Source: an uncultured Stakelama sp. (GTDB lineage Bacteria; Pseudomonadota; Alphaproteobacteria; Sphingomonadales; Sphingomonadaceae). From it: 64,000 bases of DNA. The stretch spans positions 240,332-304,331 of the forward strand of contig CAZFTL010000003.1 of assembly GCA_964521615.1 (NCBI GenBank). Reading direction: 5' to 3'. Positions 1 to 9,448 of the stretch are shown here, one piece after another; position 1 is the first letter of the stretch; each line of letters starts with the position of its first letter. Under the pieces are notes generated by a model. It was not told the DNA's origin and made no database searches. It saw nothing but the letters and a program-made list of their open reading frames with translations. The position numbers and the translations under genes are program-made.

Positions 1-513
1 GCCGGGTCGGCGACCTTCACGGTCAAGGGCCAGCAATATGTCGCCGTGCTGACCGGCCGCGGCGGCGCGTTACCCCTGTCGATCGGCTATGCGATCGGCG
101 CGGCGAAGACTGTCCCCAATCTGCCACGCCTGCTGGTATTCAAGCTGGGCGGTACGGCGCAACTCCCCGCGCTCGTGCCGCTGCCGGCCGCCGCCTTCAA
201 CCCGCCGCCTTCGACCGGCAAGCCCGACCAGATCGCGATGGGCCAGCAATTGTTCGGCCGCTATTGCCAGGTATGCCACGGCGCGAGCGCCGGCGGCGGG
301 GGCGTGCTGCCCGATCTGCAGCGGTCGGGCACGCTGGCCGACGCCGACACCTGGAAGTCGATCCTGATCGACGGTACCCTGTCGAAACAGGGGATGGTCA
401 GTTTCGCCAAGGTGTTGAGCCCCGATCAGGCGCAGCTCATCCGGCTGTACGTCATCGACGAAGCCAATTGGGCGAAGAAAAACCTGCCGCAGGGAGCGCC
501 TGGGAAGCCGTAG
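1..513 (+). CDS. PQQ-dependent quinohaemoprotein alcohol dehydrogenase, C-terminal fragment (5' end outside window)
   Basis: Frame 1 is open from base 1 (GSATFTVKGQQYVAVLTGRGG...) to TAG 511-513. The C-terminal domain carries a CxxCH haem-c motif (CQVCHG), as in type II PQQ-ADH cytochrome c domains. Confidence 0.7.
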   Translation, partial: AGSATFTVKGQQYVAVLTGRGGALPLSIGYAIGAAKTVPNLPRLLVFKLGGTAQLPALVPLPAAAFNPPPSTGKPDQIAMGQQLFGRYCQVCHGASAGGGGVLPDLQRSGTLADADTWKSILIDGTLSKQGMVSFAKVLSPDQAQLIRLYVIDEANWAKKNLPQGAPGKP

Positions 514-550
514 ATATTGAGGCTTTCCCTTACCTTTTGAGAGAGGGGAG

Positions 551-1621
551 CTAAGCGGCCAGTGCCCCGGCCCGCTTCAGCGCTTCCTGGAGCGCGAGCG
601 TCGGTGCCACCGCCACGTCTGGGACGATCCCGGTTCCTTCCCAATCCTTGCCGGTTGCCGGATCGATCGTCCGGCCGACGGGCAGGAACACCGCCAGCCC
701 GCCGCCGATCGGCTCGAACCCGCCGAAATGGTTGGCGCCCGCCGTGGTCTCGCCGATCAATGTCGCGCGGCCGGTATGCTTGAAGGCGAGCGCGAGATGC
801 TCGGCCGCCGACGCGGTGCGGCTGGAGGTGAGATAGAAGAGCCTGGCCCCGAACAGCCTGGTCTCGTCGGTCCGCGGCACGACATAATGCTCATTGCGGA
901 CGATACCGGGGGCAGCGCCCGCCGCCGGCCGAATGAAGGCATCGCCGTCGAACGGATTGCCGCGCGCCTTGGCGATCGAGGCGACCATTTCCATCTGAAC
1001 CAGCACGGTCGGCTTGGCATAGAGATAGGGGAGCATCGCGTTCATCTCGGCAATCCCGCCGCCGCCATTGTAGCGGCTATCGATGATCACCGCCTTGGCC
1101 GTCGCGTGGTCGCGCATGAACCGCTCGCTGGCGGCAGCGACATCGGGATCGTCGGGAAAGCCGGTAAAGCGGATATAGGCGACATCCCGGGCGATCCAGC
1201 CCGCGTCCTCCAACGCGATGCGGCGCATCGGCTGCGGTCCGGCGGGAGGGCGCGCAGGCGCCGGGGCGGGCGTCGATCCGGGCGTTCCAGCAGCCGGCCG
1301 GGGTCGGTCGCCGGGCCCCAGCATCTCGGCGGGCACTACGCGTAGATGGCGATCGACCGACACCGCCGCCAGGTCCGCTGTAAGGCGCTGGCCGAGATCG
1401 GTGGGGTCGGATATCCCCTTATAGGCGCCGGCGGCGGCCTTGGTCCGCAGCATGGTGGCGTAGCGCTTGCCCGTCTCCGGAATGACGTAGCCGCTTTCGA
1501 GCAGGTCGGCGAGTGTCAGGACCGGATCGTTCGCCGGTGTCCCGGCCCAGCCCGCCGCCCCGCGACTACCGAACGCCGCGACCGCCCCAGCCGATAACCC
1601 GATAAAGGCTCGCCGATCCAT
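551..1621 (-). CDS. S41 family peptidase, probably exported
   Basis: 356-aa ORF with a Tat-like signal (MDRRAFIGLSAGAVAAFG). S41-like core strings IIDSRYNGGG and TSSRTASAAEHLALAFK. Pro/Ala-rich insert mid-protein. Confidence 0.65.
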   Translation of the reverse strand: MDRRAFIGLSAGAVAAFGSRGAAGWAGTPANDPVLTLADLLESGYVIPETGKRYATMLRTKAAAGAYKGISDPTDLGQRLTADLAAVSVDRHLRVVPAEMLGPGDRPRPAAGTPGSTPAPAPARPPAGPQPMRRIALEDAGWIARDVAYIRFTGFPDDPDVAAASERFMRDHATAKAVIIDSRYNGGGGIAEMNAMLPYLYAKPTVLVQMEMVASIAKARGNPFDGDAFIRPAAGAAPGIVRNEHYVVPRTDETRLFGARLFYLTSSRTASAAEHLALAFKHTGRATLIGETTAGANHFGGFEPIGGGLAVFLPVGRTIDPATGKDWEGTGIVPDVAVAPTLALQEALKRAGALAA

Positions 1622-1646
1622 CTTCCTTCTCCATCGACTACATCTG

Positions 1647-1662
1647 TAAGCGTAAGTGCTTA
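1647..1662. promoter_or_regulatory. Candidate MarR operator (inverted repeat TAAGC-N6-GCTTA)
   Basis: Short inverted repeat in the AT-richer divergent intergenic region between the S41 peptidase and the MarR gene. No other support. Confidence 0.3.
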
Positions 1663-1704
1663 TACTTTTTGATCCGGCGCTGTAAAGCGATTAGGAGCAA
1701 TGCG

Positions 1705-2211
1705 ATGAGCAATCACACCGCCGCCAGCTTCGGCACCGCGCTGCGCCGCCTGATCGAGCATCTGGATGGCGCGCTCGAACGCGCCTATCGCGACGATGGG
1801 ATCGACTTTCGCCCCCGTTATACGCCGGTCGTGCGGGCCCTGGTCGCCGACGGGCCCCAGAGCATCCGGGCGCTCGCCGACCAGCTTGGCGTATCCCATT
1901 CGGCGGTCAGCCAGACCGTCTCCCAAATGACCGCCGCTGGCATCGTCGCCGTGACCCGGGGGGAGGATGACGCCCGTCAGCGGATCGTCGCGTTGACGCG
2001 CACGGGCAAGGCCCTGCTGCCCCGGCTCGAGGATCATTGGCGCGCCGCGCGCATCGCCACCGCATCGCTCGATACGGAGACCGGCGGCGTGCTGGTCGAG
2101 GTGATCAACCGCGCCAATGCCGCGCTGGATCGCCGTCCCTTCGCGGACCGCCTGGCCGTCGCTCGCGGCGACCGTGCCGCCGCAACGGGCAACCGAAACG
2201 GGGCTGCCTAA
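1705..2211 (+). CDS. MarR family transcriptional regulator
   Basis: ATG 1705 is preceded by AGGAG. The winged-helix region (IRALADQLGVSHSAVSQTVSQM...VAVTRGEDDARQRIVALTRTGKAL) is typical of MarR. The upstream part of ORF 1669 was rejected. Confidence 0.75.
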   Translation: MSNHTAASFGTALRRLIEHLDGALERAYRDDGIDFRPRYTPVVRALVADGPQSIRALADQLGVSHSAVSQTVSQMTAAGIVAVTRGEDDARQRIVALTRTGKALLPRLEDHWRAARIATASLDTETGGVLVEVINRANAALDRRPFADRLAVARGDRAAATGNRNGAA

Positions 2212-2229
2212 TTTAGAGGCATTTGCTAG

Positions 2230-2682
<453 letters not shown>

Positions 2683-2825
2683 CCATGACGTGAAGGCCGG
2701 CGCTCAATCTGGGCATCGGCAACATTTGACGCACTGCAACATAATGTGACAGCTAGATGCTCGCACGAGCAACATGATTCTCCGGTTCGCCGGATCTACT
2801 ACCGAAAGAGAAAGGGCTTGGGGTT

Positions 2826-4238
2826 ATGGCGACGACGGCCAGCGACGTTCTGAAGAGGATCAAGGACGAAGAGATCGAGTGGGTCGACCTTCGCTTCACC
2901 GACCCCAAGGGCAAGTGGCAGCATTTGACCATGGTCTCGACGGTGGTCGGCGAGGACGAGCTGACCGACGGCTTCATGTTCGACGGCTCGTCGATCGCCG
3001 GCTGGAAGGCGATCAACGAATCGGACATGATCCTGAAGCCGGATCTCGAGGCGGTCTATGTCGACCCGTTCTCGGCGACGCCGATGCTGATCCTGGTGTG
3101 CGACATCGTCGAGCCGTCGACCGGCGAGCTCTACGCCCGCGATCCGCGCTCGACCGCGAAGCGCGCCGAGGCATATCTCAAGACGACCGGGATCGGCGAC
3201 ACCGTCTATGTCGGCCCAGAAGCCGAGTTCTTCATGTTCGACAACGTGCAGTTCGAGACGAGCTACGCGACCTCGGCCTACAAGATCGACGATATCGAGC
3301 TGCCGACCAACACCGGCCGCGACTATGAAGGCGGCAACCTCGGCCACCGTCCGCGCGCCAAAGGCGGCTATTTCCCGGTCGCCCCGGTCGACTCCGCGGT
3401 CGACATCCGCGGCGAAATGGTCTCGACGATGATCGAGATGGGCCTGCCGTGCGACAAGCACCACCATGAGGTCGCCGCGGCGCAGCACGAACTCGGCCTG
3501 ACCTTCGGCACGCTGACGCAGACCGCCGACCGCATGCAGATCTACAAGTACGTCGTGCATCAGGTCGCGCATGCTTATGGCAAGTCGGCGACGTTCATGC
3601 CGAAGCCGATCAAGGAAGATAACGGCTCGGGCATGCACACCCACCTGTCGATCTGGCAGGGCAAGGAGCCGCTGTTTGCCGGCAACGGTTATGCCGGCCT
3701 CAGCGACATGTGCCTGTACTTCATCGGCGGCATCATCAAGCACGCCAAGGCGATCAACGCCTTCACCAACCCGACCACCAACAGCTACAAGCGGCTGGTG
3801 CCGGGCTACGAGGCGCCGGTGCTGCTCGCCTATTCGTCGCGCAACCGCTCGGCGTCGTGCCGCATTCCGTACGGCGCGGGCGCCAAGGCCAAGCGCGTCG
3901 AGGTCCGCTTCCCCGACGCGATGGCCAACCCGTACCTCGCTTATGCGGCATTGTTCATGGCCGGCATCGACGGCATCCAGAACAAGATCCATCCCGGCGA
4001 AGCGATGGACAAGAACCTGTACGACCTGCCGCCGGCCGAACTGGCCGAGGTGCCGACCGTGTGCGGGTCGCTGCGCGAAGCGCTGGACAGCCTCTCGGCC
4101 GACATGGACTTCCTGCTCAAGGGCGACGTGTTCTCGAAGGACCAGATCGAGGCGTATATCGAACTAAAGTGGGAAGAAGTCGCCCGGTTCGAGATGACCC
4201 CGAGCCCGGTCGAATTCGACATGTACTACAGCGCGTAA
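2826..4238 (+). CDS. glnA: Glutamine synthetase type I
   Basis: 470-aa ORF with GSI hallmarks ([18 protein letters not shown], adenylylation-loop NLYDLPP, C-terminal EFDMYYS). Confidence 0.97.
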   Translation: MATTASDVLKRIKDEEIEWVDLRFTDPKGKWQHLTMVSTVVGEDELTDGFMFDGSSIAGWKAINESDMILKPDLEAVYVDPFSATPMLILVCDIVEPSTGELYARDPRSTAKRAEAYLKTTGIGDTVYVGPEAEFFMFDNVQFETSYATSAYKIDDIELPTNTGRDYEGGNLGHRPRAKGGYFPVAPVDSAVDIRGEMVSTMIEMGLPCDKHHHEVAAAQHELGLTFGTLTQTADRMQIYKYVVHQVAHAYGKSATFMPKPIKEDNGSGMHTHLSIWQGKEPLFAGNGYAGLSDMCLYFIGGIIKHAKAINAFTNPTTNSYKRLVPGYEAPVLLAYSSRNRSASCRIPYGAGAKAKRVEVRFPDAMANPYLAYAALFMAGIDGIQNKIHPGEAMDKNLYDLPPAELAEVPTVCGSLREALDSLSADMDFLLKGDVFSKDQIEAYIELKWEEVARFEMTPSPVEFDMYYSA

Positions 4239-4282
4239 GCGCATCGGCGGCGCGGCTTCACCGCTGCGTGCCGAACAACCGG

Positions 4283-4318
4283 GAAACGGGCGTCCGGAGC
4301 GATTCGGGCGCCCGTTTC
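4283..4318. terminator. Hairpin between convergent glnA and the HExxH gene (putative bidirectional terminator)
   Basis: GAAACGGGCG...CGCCCGTTTC 10-bp stem, followed by GCGTTGT. Located between convergent stop codons. Confidence 0.5.
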
Positions 4319-4331
4319 GCGTTGTCTGGGA

Positions 4332-5108
4332 TCACACCCAATCGTCGAGATCGACGGCGGCGAGCGCAGCCGCCAAATCGGGAAACGTCCGATCGGTCGC
4401 GGCGAGCGCGTTCTTGAAGACGCCGCGCAGGTAGGGCTTCAGCTCCGCCTGGATCGGGGCGACCTCCACGGTGGTCAGACGAGCGACGAAGGCGAGAGCG
4501 GTAACCAGCGCATTCTCCGACAGATAGCCGGCGCCGCGCATTTCCCAGCCCTGCTCCCCACCGCTCTGGAACTGGCGAAAATTCTTGGCCGAATTTGCCG
4601 AAAAGACACCGAAACCCAAAAACACGGCGCCCAGGTCGGTGGCATGTTCGGCGAGTGCCGAGCCGCCGGGCGGCGATGTCTTCGCGGTGTGAAGCAGATA
4701 GTGCGCAAGCTCGTGCGCGAACGTGGCGACGAGCGTTTGCGGATGCGCCAGCGAGGTCGGGTTGTAGGTGATGTAGTAGCGCCCCTCGGCATAACCGAAC
4801 GTGCCCAGCGGGTTCCCCTGATGATGCCGCAAGGCGTGACCGAGTGCGACGCTGCGTTCGCGGTCGGCGTTCCCCACCCTCAAGTCGCATGGCCAGTCGG
4901 TCATGCCGGCGTGCGCTCTGGTCTGATCGAACAACTCGACCGCCCGTTCATGCCCGCTTCGGCGGCTGGGCGGATAAAAGCGGTCGTCGGGCAGGATCGT
5001 GGGCGCGGCGGCCGCACCGAATTCGCGCGTCAGCCAGGCGAGGCAGGCAATCAGCCACTCGACCTCATCCCCATCGACCGGAAATTTCGCTTTCCCCCAA
5101 CCCAGCAT
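4332..5108 (-). CDS. Hypothetical protein with HExxH zinc-metallopeptidase-like motif
   Basis: ATG 5108 (MLGWGKAKFPVDG...) chosen because the upstream gene's TGA sits at 5110-5112. Motif FAHELAHYLLH. No family recognised. Confidence 0.55.
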   Translation of the reverse strand: MLGWGKAKFPVDGDEVEWLIACLAWLTREFGAAAAPTILPDDRFYPPSRRSGHERAVELFDQTRAHAGMTDWPCDLRVGNADRERSVALGHALRHHQGNPLGTFGYAEGRYYITYNPTSLAHPQTLVATFAHELAHYLLHTAKTSPPGGSALAEHATDLGAVFLGFGVFSANSAKNFRQFQSGGEQGWEMRGAGYLSENALVTALAFVARLTTVEVAPIQAELKPYLRGVFKNALAATDRTFPDLAAALAAVDLDDWV

Positions 5109-5109
5109 G

Positions 5110-5409
5110 TCAATACGCAGGCCGAAGCGCAGCGAAATGCCGCGCCGAGTACAATCCGATCGCGAGCCATCCCAGGGCCAAGGCGATGGCGATCGGTCCA
5201 TGATCGAGATCCGCTTGCGGCAATCGCCAGACGATCAACCAACCGCCCGCAGTCAGGTTGGCCATTCCCCGCAGGAAATCGATCGTCGGCGAAGAATTGC
5301 CAACCTCGCGGGGGCGCGCGAAGGGCTCGCCGCGCAGGCAGGAAGCAAGGTGCGGGATCGCGTTACAGAGTAGAACGCCGCCGGCAATGAACGGCAATAA
5401 CCACGTCAT
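5110..5409 (-). CDS. Small hydrophobic membrane protein (about 99 aa)
   Basis: MTWLLPFIAGGVLLCNAIPHL... has three predicted hydrophobic segments. Its stop lies 1 nt from the start of the HExxH gene. Confidence 0.45.
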   Translation of the reverse strand: MTWLLPFIAGGVLLCNAIPHLASCLRGEPFARPREVGNSSPTIDFLRGMANLTAGGWLIVWRLPQADLDHGPIAIALALGWLAIGLYSARHFAALRPAY

Positions 5410-5662
5410 CGGCGCCCCCAGATCATCAAAAACATGTCTGCCATCGCCCACGCCATTCTGGCAATGGAGCGAGCCAATTCCGCGATCGGATCGGGAATAT
5501 TCGAGCGGTGCCGTGATCGCCATCCTCAGCGACACCGGCAGGCGATGCAGCCTCATGAGACACGGTTGGCGTGGCAAAACCCTAACCTGGGTAACCGCGA
5601 TGCGACGAATCGAACGATAGGCCGTTGCCCTCGGCACGCAGCCCCCCTAGGCGGCTCGCCAC

Positions 5663-6433
5663 ATGCGGCTATCCCTGCCCTTCGCGCTACCCGATCGCCG
5701 CCGCACCATCTCCTTCGTGCTTGCCCTCGCGATCGAAGGGCTGCTGATCCTGTTGCTGGTGCTGTTCGGCCCGCATTTCACGCCCGCTCCCAAGACCGTT
5801 CGCCGACCGGTCAGCTTCAGCTTGTCGCCGGATGCCAAAAAGCAAGCCGGCACCGCACCCGATCATCGCGCCGCCCCGAAGGCGGAAGCCAAACCCAAGA
5901 CCGGGACGCCGCCGAAGACGCCGCTGCCGCCGGTCATCATACCGCCGAAGGTACCGACGCCCCAGGCGCTGCCCGGCGTCCTGCCGATCCAGCTCGGCGC
6001 GACCGATATCAGCAAGCTCAAATCGAGCGCGGCTTCCGACGACAACGGCACCGACGCCGGCCCCGACAGCAAGCTGGCCTACGGCCCGGGCGAAGGGCCC
6101 GGCGGCCAGCCACTCTACAATGCAGAATGGTATCGCGAGCCGAGCGATGCCGAACTCAACGGCTATCTGCCGCGCGGGGCACCACCCAACAGCTGGGCAC
6201 TGATCGCGTGCCAGACCGTCCCCAAGTTCCATGTCGAGAATTGCCGATCGCTGGGCGAATCTCCGGTCGGGTCGGGGCTCGCCCGCGCGATGCGCGAGGC
6301 GGCATGGCAGTTCCTCGTCCGACCGCCGCGCCGTGGCGGCAAGGTACTGGTCGGCGCCTGGGTGAAGATCCGGATCGACTTCACGCTCAAGCCCACCAGG
6401 TCGGAGAAGGACGACCAGCCCCCGTCCGAATAG
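5663..6433 (+). CDS. Energy transducer TonB family protein
   Basis: N-terminal TM anchor (ISFVLALAIEGLLILLLVLFG), a Pro/Lys-rich spacer (PKAEAKPKTGTPPKTPLPPVIIPPKVPTP) and a compact C-terminal domain. Confidence 0.7.
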   Translation: MRLSLPFALPDRRRTISFVLALAIEGLLILLLVLFGPHFTPAPKTVRRPVSFSLSPDAKKQAGTAPDHRAAPKAEAKPKTGTPPKTPLPPVIIPPKVPTPQALPGVLPIQLGATDISKLKSSAASDDNGTDAGPDSKLAYGPGEGPGGQPLYNAEWYREPSDAELNGYLPRGAPPNSWALIACQTVPKFHVENCRSLGESPVGSGLARAMREAAWQFLVRPPRRGGKVLVGAWVKIRIDFTLKPTRSEKDDQPPSE

Positions 6434-6436
6434 GCG

Positions 6437-7414
6437 TCAGGGCAGTAGCACCGTCGCCCCCTGGGTCTTGCCGGCCTCGAGTTGGCGATGCGCTTCGGCG
6501 GCATCCTCCAGCGCGAAGGTCTGCCCGATCTCGGGCTTGATCGCGCGCTTCGCGAGCATCTCGAACACCCGAGCGCAGCCCGCAGCGCGCTCTTCGCTGG
6601 TCATGTAATAATGGAACAAGGTCGGCCGTGTGACGAACAGCGAGCCGTTAGCGTTCAACTGCGCGAGCCCGACCCCGGTCACCGGGCCGCTGGCATTGCC
6701 GTAACTGACGATGAGCCCGCGTCGCGCCGTCGACTTGAGCGATGCCTCCCAGGTGGCCGCGCCGACGCCATCGAGCACGACATTTGCGCCCGCACCGCCG
6801 GTAATCTCGCGCACGCTCTCCGCGATATCGTGCTCGCGATACTGGATGACATGATCGGCGCCCGCGAGCCGGGCGCGCTCGGCCTTGTCCGCCGAGCCGA
6901 CCGTCCCGATCACCGTCGCGCCGATCGCCTTTAGCCAGCCGACGGCGAGATGACCGACCCCGCCCGCGGCAGCATGGACCAGCACGGTCCAGCCGGCCTG
7001 CACCTTCGCGCAGCGTTCGATCAGGAATTCGGTCGTGCAGCCCTTGAGCAGGATAGCCGCCGCGGTGCGGTCGTCGACGTTGTCGGGCAGCCCGATCAGG
7101 CTGTCGGCGGGCAGATTGCGATGAGTCGCGTAACTGCCGATCATGGGCCCGAACGTGCCGACCCGGTCGCCGACGGCGACATCGGTGACGCCGTGCCCGA
7201 GCGTCTCGACCACGCCGACGCTTTCGCCGCCCAGTCCGCTCGGTAATTTCAACGGGTAGAGCCCGGTGCGTTGATAGACCTCGATGAAGTTCAGCCCCAC
7301 CGCGGTGGTGCGGATACGCACTTCGCCGGGACCGGGATCGGGCAGGTCGACATCGACCCATTGGATCACCTCGGGTCCGCCATGCTGCTCGATCCGTGCG
7401 GCGCGCGCCATCAT
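6437..7414 (-). CDS. qor: NADPH:quinone oxidoreductase (zeta-crystallin type MDR)
   Basis: GPEVIQWVDVDLPDPGPGEVRIRTTAVGLNFIEVYQRTGLY... and the nucleotide motif VHAAAGGVG. Confidence 0.85.
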   Translation of the reverse strand: MMARAARIEQHGGPEVIQWVDVDLPDPGPGEVRIRTTAVGLNFIEVYQRTGLYPLKLPSGLGGESVGVVETLGHGVTDVAVGDRVGTFGPMIGSYATHRNLPADSLIGLPDNVDDRTAAAILLKGCTTEFLIERCAKVQAGWTVLVHAAAGGVGHLAVGWLKAIGATVIGTVGSADKAERARLAGADHVIQYREHDIAESVREITGGAGANVVLDGVGAATWEASLKSTARRGLIVSYGNASGPVTGVGLAQLNANGSLFVTRPTLFHYYMTSEERAAGCARVFEMLAKRAIKPEIGQTFALEDAAEAHRQLEAGKTQGATVLLP

Positions 7415-7533
7415 CCGTTCTCCCGTTGCGACGGGTGCTCAACTGGGGAGTCTCGTTTCGGGTTGCAACTGATGTCGCGCCACGCCATCTAGGCGCTCAC
7501 CATACCCGATGTTTGAAAAGCGCGGAGGCGAGG

Positions 7534-8958
7534 ATGAAGAGCTACCTGAAGCATTATATCGACGGCCAATGGGTCGATAGCGAGGGCGGCAAGCGCCACG
7601 AGGTGATCGACCCCTCGACCGAACAGCCGGTCAGCGAAATCACGCTCGGCACCGCGGCCGATGTCGACAAGGCGGTCGCCGCCGCGAAGAAGGCCTTCCG
7701 CACCTATTCGCAGACCAGCGTCGAAGAGCGCATCGCCCTGCTCGAGCGGATCATCGAGGAATATAAGGCGCGCATCCCCGACCTCGCCGCGGTCACCTCC
7801 GAAGAAATGGGCGCGCCGATCGGCTTCGCCAACATGGCGCAGGCGCCGGCCGGGCTCGGCTATTTCATCGGCACGCTCGGCGCGCTCAAGGAATTCAAGT
7901 TCGAGGAACAGGTCGGCAAGAGCCGCGTGGTGCACGAACCGATCGGCGTCGTCGGGATGATCACGCCATGGAACTGGCCGCTCAACCAGATCTGCGCGAA
8001 GGTCGCGCCCGCCCTCGCCGCCGGCGATACGATGGTCCTCAAACCGTCGGAGGAAGCGCCGGGCAATGCCGTGATCCTCGCCGAGATCCTCGACAAGGCG
8101 GGCGTGCCGGCCGGCGTGTTCAACCTGGTCAATGGCGACGGGCCCGGCGTCGGCGCTGCGATTTCGAGCCACAAGGATGTCGACATGGTGAGCTTCACCG
8201 GTTCGACCCGCGCCGGCATCGCGGTTGCCCAGGCCGCCGCGCCGACGGTCAAGCGCGTCCATCAGGAACTCGGCGGCAAGGCGCCGAACCTGGTGCTGGA
8301 AGGCGCCGATTTGCCGACCGTGCTGCCGCCGACGGTGCAGGGCGTGCTCGCCAATTCGGGCCAGAGCTGCATCGCCCCAACTCGTCTGTTGGTCCATGAG
8401 AGCCAGCTCGACGATGCGACCAATGTCGTGAAGGGTATCATGGAAGCGACCACGGTCGACGCCGCCAGCGTGATGGGCGCACATATCGGCCCGGTCGTGA
8501 ACAAGGCGCAGTACGAGAAAATCCAGGGCTTGATTCAGTCGGCAATCGACGAAGGCGCGACGTTGGTCACCGGCGGCACCGGCCGTCCCGACGGCCGCAA
8601 TGCCGGTTTCTTCGTGAAGCCGACCCTGCTTGCCGACGTGACGCCCGACATGCGCATCTATCGTGAGGAGACGTTCGGTCCGGTCGCGACGATCACCAAA
8701 TACACCGACGCCGACGAAGCGATCGAGATGGCCAACGACACGGTCTACGGCCTCTCGGCGACGATCTCTGGCGATCCGGCGGCGGCGGCGAAGGTCGCGC
8801 CGAAGCTGCGCGCCGGCCTGGTCACGATCAATTCCTGGGGTCCGGCCGGCCCCACCCCGTTCGGCGGCTTCAAGCAATCGGGCAATGGCCGCGAAGGCGG
8901 CAAGTACGGCATCGCCGATTTCATGGAACTGAAGACCATTGTCGGCGAGCCCGCCTGA
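7534..8958 (+). CDS. NAD(P)-dependent aldehyde dehydrogenase
   Basis: ATG 7534 (MKSYLKHYIDGQWV) follows GGAGGCGAGG. Catalytic regions ELGGKAP and NSGQSCIAPTR. The upstream 46 codons of ORF 7396 were rejected. Confidence 0.9.
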   Translation: MKSYLKHYIDGQWVDSEGGKRHEVIDPSTEQPVSEITLGTAADVDKAVAAAKKAFRTYSQTSVEERIALLERIIEEYKARIPDLAAVTSEEMGAPIGFANMAQAPAGLGYFIGTLGALKEFKFEEQVGKSRVVHEPIGVVGMITPWNWPLNQICAKVAPALAAGDTMVLKPSEEAPGNAVILAEILDKAGVPAGVFNLVNGDGPGVGAAISSHKDVDMVSFTGSTRAGIAVAQAAAPTVKRVHQELGGKAPNLVLEGADLPTVLPPTVQGVLANSGQSCIAPTRLLVHESQLDDATNVVKGIMEATTVDAASVMGAHIGPVVNKAQYEKIQGLIQSAIDEGATLVTGGTGRPDGRNAGFFVKPTLLADVTPDMRIYREETFGPVATITKYTDADEAIEMANDTVYGLSATISGDPAAAAKVAPKLRAGLVTINSWGPAGPTPFGGFKQSGNGREGGKYGIADFMELKTIVGEPA

Positions 8959-9448
8959 CGCGGCCCTCCTGACGATCGCGTCCTACGTCCCTGGGGACGA
9001 GGACGCGATCATCGGCCTGATCGTCCCTATCCAGGCCGAGGAATTCGGGGTCGCGATCACCGCTGCGGACCAGCCTGACCTGCGCGACATTCCCGATTTC
9101 TATCTGCCGGGCGCAGGCGGTTTCTGGATCGCACGCGACGACGATCGCGTGGTCGGGACGATCGCACTCAAGGATATCGGCGACGGCGACGCAGCCCTGC
9201 GCAAGATGTTCGTAGCCCCCGACTATCGCGGCGCACCTTATCGAGCCGGACAAATCTTGCTGGACGGTCTGCTGGCGCATGCCGGTGCCGCCGGATTGCG
9301 GCGCATCCTGCTCGGTACGACCGAGGCATTCAAGGCAGCGCATCGCTTTTACGAACGCAACGGCTTTGTGCCGATTGCCAAGGCCGATCTGCCATTCGCC
9401 TTCCCGCTGATGCCGCTCGACACCCGCTTCTATTCGCTCACCCTTTAG
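8939..9448 (+). CDS. GNAT family N-acetyltransferase
   Basis: Acetyl-CoA-binding-type core (LRKMFVAPDYRGAPYRAGQILLDGLLAHA...FYERNGF). The TTG start overlaps the ALDH stop, so the start is uncertain. Confidence 0.7.
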   Translation: MSASPPDAALLTIASYVPGDEDAIIGLIVPIQAEEFGVAITAADQPDLRDIPDFYLPGAGGFWIARDDDRVVGTIALKDIGDGDAALRKMFVAPDYRGAPYRAGQILLDGLLAHAGAAGLRRILLGTTEAFKAAHRFYERNGFVPIAKADLPFAFPLMPLDTRFYSLTL

